This document shows positions 56,300 to 64,000 of a stretch of DNA of 64,000 nucleotides, in pieces. The stretch comes from Octopus vulgaris (taxonomy: Eukaryota), in contig OX597815.1 in assembly GCA_951406725.2 (NCBI GenBank), positions 142,786,001 to 142,850,000 of the forward strand, written 5' to 3'. Under the pieces are notes generated by a model, which saw nothing but the letters and a program-made list of their open reading frames with translations, made no database searches and was not told the origin of the DNA. Both the position numbers and the translations under genes were made by a program. Positions within the stretch are counted from its first letter, which is position 1. The number at the start of each line of letters is the position of its first letter.

Positions 56300-57100
56300 T
56301 GACAGGAGTTATAATCTTCAAAATTTATTTATCTCTAAAATTATTCTTTCAAATTATGTATTAGTTATTATGTGAATATCTAATATTTAGTAAACATGCC
56401 TTTTGCATTTTTCAATGCAAGAACTCTATTAGGCATGCTGCTGATCAAATGACGAATATTCCCATGAGGAATTTCTTGTCAAATTTTATGCCGTAATCTC
56501 AAAAGGTCTGGCTTTGAGGATGTTTTCGTGTCCTTCTTACGAAGTGTTCTGTTCATTATGTCCCAGAGGTGTTCAATAGGGTTTTTATCTGGTGACTGGC
56601 GTTGCTACCCACTTCTAATCAATCTTGGGTCTTTTTTAGCTGTGTCACAAGGAATCCCATCTTCCATAAATAAAGAGTCCTCCTTAATGATTTCACCACT
56701 GGAGAAGATTGGAAGGAGTCCTTTCTACAGTATCTGAGTTTCCGTCACACTCCACCAACTCAGATTCACCTTAGCTCCAGATTACTCTCAAAACCATGAT
56801 AGAATAGCCGCTGCGTTTCAAATTCTTGACCACAGAATCTCCATATGCACACTCAAACACTGTCAGAAAATACAGAAAATCTAGACTCATATGAGAATAT
56901 GACAGTGTCCGAAAATGCTGGTCGCTTATCTACCATCTCACTGGCCCAATCTTTTCTCTGCCATAGTAGTTACGTTTGCGGAGATACTGACAGCTCTGCT
57001 GAGACAAACATCAACTTGTTCATCTATGTCAGAGGCCTTGGAACAAGGATTATCCTCCACACTTCCCTTAACAAAACGATGTTTTATGGAATATCTATTT
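56300..57100 (-). mobile_element. decayed Tc1-like transposase remnant
   Basis: Minus strand gives QSPDKNPIEHLWDIMNRTLRKK (SPDLNPIE.LW motif), and further downstream LISSMPNRV. Confidence 0.7.
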
Positions 57101-57138
57101 AATTGAGTCATGTCTGTGTGTGTATACACACACACACA

Positions 57139-57333
57139 CACGAGAGGGTGCTGAAAAATTCCTATCTTTAAAGTTATAGCGAAAGGTTTGGCTGGAGACC
57201 CAACATTCTAAGTTCATTTGCAGGGCTTAGAAAAAGTGAAGAGGGATCTGAAAGGGGAATATTTTGAATAAAATCAAATTACCTGTTCCACCAGTATCTT
57301 CTACCCAAATCCAGGAACTTTTCAAAGTCCCCC

Positions 57334-57337
<4 letters not shown>
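57139..57337. mobile_element. mariner-derived MITE
   Basis: TIRs cacgagagggtgctgaaaaattcct / aggaacttttcaaagtcccccgtg. Homologous to 13652-13860. Confidence 0.7.
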
Positions 57338-57398
<61 letters not shown>

Positions 57399-57898
57399 CC
57401 TGCTCGCTTAGCCAGCGGGGTGGCGTCATTCGAAGGCTAAAAAACAATGCAAAACGCATTGTGACCAGCGATGTGTTACTACACCTGATGGACTGGTCGG
57501 TCACGTGATATCATGTGATCACGTTATATATATAAATATACATACATATATATATATACATATATATACATACATATATATACATATATATATATATATA
57601 TACGTATATATATACAATGAAGGGTGAAATTAATTAATTTGGAATAATTATCAATTACACCAAGTAGTCTTCGGCATGTAAAAGCCTCATTCGAGGAAAA
57701 TTTAAGTAATACTAAGCAATTAAGGGTTTAGCAACGAATTGCCTTACCGCACACCGAATTTAGAAATAGCAGTCAAAGAGATTATAGCTATTTCTTCTAC
57801 TAAAAGGAGATCTCAGTAAAAACACAGCATTTGAAAGGCAAACACAAACAGGTAAGAGAGAATGAATTAACGGCAATCTATCATACAGTTTTAAGTCA

Positions 57899-57990
57899 CC
57901 TACGGACGTACGTTTCGAGATCAAGTCTTAGGAAAGCATAAGAATTAGATAATTCTACCTTACCCATACTTCTTCTCTCATCAGCGCAGG
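57899..57990 (-). ncRNA. type I hammerhead ribozyme with long stem II insertion
   Basis: Minus strand reads cctgcg CTGATGA gaga-[~51 nt]-tctc GAAA cgtacg TC cgtagg, giving a GUC triplet and a palindromic stem III. It lies in a 57615-58057 island between (TA)n tracts. Confidence 0.85.
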
Positions 57991-58055
57991 ATACAAACAA
58001 TCATGAATGATTGTATATTGAATTTTGAGATACTAGAAGGCACCAACTCAACTCA

Positions 58056-58088
<33 letters not shown>

Positions 58089-58303
58089 CATACACACACA
58101 CATACACATAAGCACACAAACATAAACATAAACACACACACACACATATATATATACATATATATACACACATAGGAAACCAAGGAATATGTGTACATTT
58201 TTGACTGCTTGAATGCTCGTGTATGTGTATGTGCTTGTATATGCGTGTATGTATGTGTGTCTTAGTGTCTATTTGTGTATATGTGTGTCTCTCAGCGTTT
58301 GAT

Positions 58304-58401
<98 letters not shown>

Positions 58402-58770
58402 TGTCTGTGTGTCTGTGTGCGTGCGTGTGTGAGTAAGTGGAGTTTATATGAGAACATGAATCAAAAGCCTACCGAAATATAATCATGGCATAATTTGATT
58501 ATTTACGAATAAAGGTAGACGTATTCCTTTGATGTGACAATTTTACTTTTAGAATTTCGCTAGCGATAAAAATAAATTTCTAAGGCTACTTACAGTGTCT
58601 CACGGGCTGCTGATCGAAATTGCTTTATGTGGAACATGACATTCACTAAAATACGAGAAACAAAACCAAAATACTTCAAAATATATTTAAGACGAAAGCC
58701 AAACAAGAACACAAATTTATATATATTAAGCAATACAACTAATAAGCTTAGATATACGAAGTATTTATTT

Positions 58771-59176
<406 letters not shown>

Positions 59177-59199
59177 CATATACATGTATACGTACATAC

Positions 59200-59232
<33 letters not shown>

Positions 59233-59249
59233 TATATATATAAATATAT

Positions 59250-59295
<46 letters not shown>

Positions 59296-59515
59296 GTTTA
59301 TACGTGTGTACGCTTGTTGTGCGTGATTTTAACTGCGTGTATTTTGTGTATATACGTATATTCATTTCTTCGAGAATCTATATTGTATCTATTTTCCGTT
59401 AGAAGCATTTCAATCCAAAGTTTATTCAAGTGTCAATATATGCTTCAACGAATAAAGTAGCCTAGCAAGTCTACCATGTAGTTATCTTTCAATCGCCATT
59501 CGTCGTGGCATGAAG

Positions 59516-59578
<63 letters not shown>

Positions 59579-59888
59579 TATACATATATATACTATTGTA
59601 CAATGACCAGAGGTTTCGAGTCGGATATAATTCTGTAAATACACCATTACTCTAAGCAATGTAATGTACCTCGTTGTTATTGTTGTTGTTGTCGTGGTTT
59701 TTCCTCTTCTTCTTCTTCTTATTATTATTATTATTATTATTATTATTGTCATCATCATCATCATCATCATCATCGTTATTATTATTTAAAATACAGTCCC
59801 TCTGTAAAGTAAAGCTATTTATTTTATTTCTCTAATCCTCCTGCTATTATTGTTTACACGGCGTTGTTTATTATTTTCTTATGATGCA

Positions 59889-59959
<71 letters not shown>

Positions 59960-59992
59960 CTATATATATATTTGTATATTCCTATATGTATT

Positions 59993-60043
<51 letters not shown>

Positions 60044-60387
60044 ATTATATCTAACTCTTTAACATATATTTCAAATGGACTAAATTTTACCGAGTAAATA
60101 ATAAAGCAATTTTTGTTTCTTCTTACTGGCGTACTCAAACCATGTTCAACGACCCGACAATTGGCAGTAATCGTTGCTAAAGAAAATCTAAACAACTCTT
60201 GTTTACATTTGATATGATTCATCGGTACGAAACTTCTAAGGAGATATGAAGTTGTTTGAATTTGAATTCTCTTGCACATCTATATATGCATATACATACA
60301 TGCATGTATACACACACATATATATATATAATATATATATATACATATATATACATACATACATACATACATACATACATACATACA

Positions 60388-60421
<34 letters not shown>

Positions 60422-60574
60422 CATGTATGTATGTATGTATGTATGTATGTAGCAACAACTAGCTTCACAGCTTTCAATGCTAAACTTGCAAATACTGTTA
60501 TTTGTAATCTATTTATAAACAATCAATTGTTTAGGCAGACGAAATAGAAGAACGAAAATAAGAAGAGAAGTTGA

Positions 60575-60730
60575 GGAGAAGAAGACGAAGAAGAAGAAGA
60601 AGACGAAGAAGAAGAAGAAGAAGAAGAAGAAGAAGAAGAAGAAGAAGAAGAAGAAGAAGAAGAAGAAGAAGAAGAAGAAGAAGAAGAAGAAGAAGAAGAA
60701 GAAGAAGAAGAAGAAGAAGAAGAAGAAGAA
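60575..60730. repeat. (GAA)n microsatellite
   Basis: Direct reading of the sequence. Confidence 0.97.
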
Positions 60731-61677
60731 ATATTTAGTGAACATTCAGATCGTTACTGTCCATTTTTCATAGTTTTGTAAAAGGAGAAATGTTGTTTTT
60801 TTTTCATATATTTTTATCATATCTATTTATTGTACCGTCTGTATTGTTTCTTGATAGTTTAACAGACTGTATATCAGAACAAAATAAACCAACTGCACCG
60901 TAAAGGAATATCATTTGGCTGTATTCTGTCTTCTAAATTTATTTCACCTTACCCAGAGCAGAGCAATGATGCATAACGTTACCCGGAGAATAATGGCATG
61001 TCTGTACATGGATACGATGTTGCTAATTCTATCTCGCATCATGGAAACCATCTCTGCATCAATACGATCATTCACGGTTTCTTATTATATTTACCCAAAC
61101 TAGTAAGGGAATATCACAGTGACTGTCAGTTAATAGCGATGTGTCATCGTCGTAATACCAATGTGTTATAGTGATGTGCAAAAATGATAGGCGACAGTGG
61201 TGCGTAGGTTGGTGCCTAGGAGTAATGTATAAAAGGGTTTTGTAGATGTGGTGTATAACAGACGTTTGTAGGAGCAGTGTTTAGTAGTGGTGTCTAAGAC
61301 TGATGTATTAGAGCGTCGAGACAGGCATGTTGTGTATAAGAGTCTAATGATTTTTATGGAGGTTGGAATCCGGGGACTTTGGTCAAAATACATATGAGTC
61401 TAAGTTTGTGGTATTTTCTGACAAGTGTCGAGTGTGGGTGTGGAGTTTTATCAAAATTGATAGAAAGTACTTTTAGGCTGTTCGGAGTTTGACTCGACAT
61501 GTATTGATCAAGATTCTAAAAGTAGTGTCCTTGAGTCGGTGATTAATTTCAGAGAGATTTGAACCTGGAAGTTCCCCTAACGTTGGACTATTTACGAAAA
61601 GGATAATCCTTTCGTGTAACTATGCGTTTAATACTTCCCGCATATGTAAAAGTGTAAAATGCTATTTATCCATTTCC

Positions 61678-61730
<53 letters not shown>

Positions 61731-61734
<4 letters not shown>

Positions 61735-62386
61735 ATAGGAAAGAATGGAGCTGAACGAAGATTTAACAAAATTCCTTTATTTTATTTTCGACATGTTTCG
61801 AAGTCTGCAAAGTCCCTAATTCCGAGTGAATAAGGAGTCCATTATGCAGCTTTCTCTTCAGGAAAATCCAGGAACTTAATTCTCCAACAAAATTCACAAC
61901 AAGCTTTTCGACGACTGCTCACGAGGAGCCCATAAAGATAATGATAAATAATGTCTATTTATAGGGGGTGACGCCAGATTGGTTGAAAGCAGGAGAAATT
62001 GTCCGTTGACATAGTTCAAGGGCAGAATCAAGGTAGGAGAAGGAAGGTATAGGAAAATTAATGTTAGTGAATGTATTCTGTATGACTGGTGTTTATATTT
62101 GATTAATTTTATGAATGAGTGCTCGAATGTATGAGTGTGTAAAATTGCCTTAATGTGTGTGTGTGTGTGCGTCTTTGAATGCGTGAAAGTGTGTGTGGAA
62201 GGCAGAGAGAGAGAGATAGCAAGAATTAACGGTCAAGAACTGAAAAGACTGAGTCTGTGTGTTCGAATGTGTCAACTTAATACCCTATGGTCGTAACTTC
62301 AACCGTGCCTTTTCTGTTGTGAGTTTGCTACCCAGGTATCGATTATCTTTCGAATTATCCGTAATAAGATAATTCATTTGTCTACT

Positions 62387-62390
<4 letters not shown>
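61731..62390 (-). mobile_element. ~0.66 kb non-coding hammerhead-bearing element flanked by (TA)n (copy 2)
   Basis: Shares with 30884-31606: gaatggag..aacgaagat.ttaacaaaattccttta, ttcga.gactgc, cttcaaccgtg and gataattcatt..ctacttaaa. Confidence 0.75.
61784..61867 (-). ncRNA. type I hammerhead ribozyme with extended stem II
   Basis: Minus strand reads attttc CTGAAGA gaa-ag-ctgca...tgcag-ac-ttc GAAA catg TC gaaaat: perfect 6 bp stem I and a GUC triplet. Confidence 0.88.
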
Positions 62391-62468
<78 letters not shown>

Positions 62469-62546
62469 AAAGTAAAGTTGTAAGGTACCGCACGAGTGGA
62501 AATATATATGAAAGAAGGTTTGAATATACAATTTTAAAGATGTTTA

Positions 62547-62593
62547 CTCACTTGACCGGTTTCACTTTTTAGAAAAAGTTTGTCAAAAGTAAA
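62547..62593 (-). ncRNA. minimal hammerhead variant (U3-A8 core)
   Basis: Minus strand reads tttactt TTGACAA acttttt-ct-aaaaagt GAAA ccgg TC aagtgag. Confidence 0.8.
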
Positions 62594-62872
62594 ATGTAAA
62601 GCTTTGTATGAGTCTCTTTGTGTTAAGTACTGCTTATCACAAAAGTATTAAAGAAAACGAAATACATTCTTTGATAACAATAAGAAAATGTTTTTCTTCA
62701 TGATTTTTATTGAACTCTACTTTTTGGAGTTCCGTTCTGATTACTTTCTTACATACTTTCTTGTAAACTGTTTTTAACATTTTCTTATTCTTATCAAAGA
62801 ACGTATTTCTGTTTTTAATACTTTTGTGATAACCAGCACTTAACACAACAAAGCTCATACAAAACCTTATAT

Positions 62873-62921
62873 TTTACTTTTGACAATCTTTTTCTAAAAA
62901 AAGTGAAACCGGTCAAGTGAA
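62873..62921 (+). ncRNA. minimal hammerhead variant (U3-A8 core), mirror copy
   Basis: tttactt TTGACAA tctttttctaaaaaaagt GAAA ccgg TC aagtgaa. Confidence 0.75.
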
Positions 62922-62954
62922 TAAACATCTTTAAAATCGCATTTTCAAACCTTC

Positions 62955-63007
<53 letters not shown>

Positions 63008-63515
63008 AATAAACACAGCATACATTTTTATGAGTTACTAATAGTTTCATGCGATGAAAATTACTCAGCAGTGTATAACATTTCTGATGACTTCACGCAA
63101 TCCCCAGCCATGCCCACATGGCATAACAAAAATATATGTAATCAATGATGTGTTCCTGCGGAACCACAGTCATATGAGTGTAACAAGTTAAATATTCTTG
63201 TATTTTGGGGTGGTAATTTTTTCTTTTTACCATCCCGAAAAGGATTTAGCATCTTTGCATCCAAACAGAGGGATGGTATTATCCTCTGCGTAATATTATG
63301 CACCATTGCTCTGCTCTGGTTGAAGTCACACATGTGTGACGAAAGATTTCCGAATAATCGGCATGAATTAAAATAATAATAATAATAAACGAATGAAGAA
63401 CAAATTTTTAGTGCGTGTGTTTATTTGGCAAAAAAAAGGCCGTCCCAAAATACAACAATATCTGTTTCAACACACGATTTCACATCAGAAATCTTGCAAC
63501 ACAAATTGATAAATG

Positions 63516-63584
<69 letters not shown>

Positions 63585-64000
63585 TTAACTGTGGAACTCG
63601 AATTAGATAAAAACTATAAATAAACGCAGAATATTGACTTAAAATAAGAACTAGAACAGAACCGAGTGGATTCATTCCCACGAGTGTTCCTTGGTGCTTT
63701 GCAATCTAAGACGTTTATAGGCTATTTTCTACATGCAGTTAATTATACCTTTATGTACTTCGAGTTTTAGCGTTAAACGATTTATTTCATAACTAACGTA
63801 GTTTCCAAATAAATAAACAAACGAATGTTCCTATAATTTAAACAACATATATTTGAACAGTTTGTCTCATAATAACCGAAGTATAAACGTGTATATCATA
63901 TACTTCCAAACGTTAATATTTTTTTCAATATCTTAATTTAGAACTTAAAGACTTTAGTAGACGCGGCTGCTATAAGTTTTTGGCAAAAAGCCACGTATTT

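Larger units (their letters stand above)
62502..62965. repeat. ~460 bp fold-back palindrome of PLE terminus with ~85 bp spacer
   Basis: atgaaagaaggtttgaa...ctttgataacaataagaaaatg (62509-62690) is mirrored at ~62778-62960. Confidence 0.9.

Noticed and set aside
61150-61620. Possible PLE RT thumb remnant on the minus strand
   Set aside because: The motifs are too eroded to support a call by eye.

Overview
Eukaryotic, AT-rich, microsatellite-dense non-coding DNA. The SINE and repeat landscape suggests an octopus or other coleoid cephalopod genome (inference). No host protein-coding gene can be called with confidence, and nearly all tracked ORFs are translations of (TA)n/(TG)n/(TATG)n repeats. 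The real content is mobile DNA: Penelope-like retroelements (PLEs; RT + GIY-YIG) of at least two clades, CR1-like, RTE-like and R4/Dong-like LINE fragments, tRNA-derived CORE-type SINEs, mariner/Tc1/DD37D, hAT, piggyBac and Helitron remnants, and several MITEs. The most striking signal is more than a dozen type I hammerhead ribozyme motifs, which I folded by eye. Most have tiny palindromic stem III helices, and several carry a compensated U3-A8 core. They sit in PLE termini, in long fold-back palindromes, and in a discrete ~0.7 kb non-coding element family found twice and inserted in (TA)n tracts.
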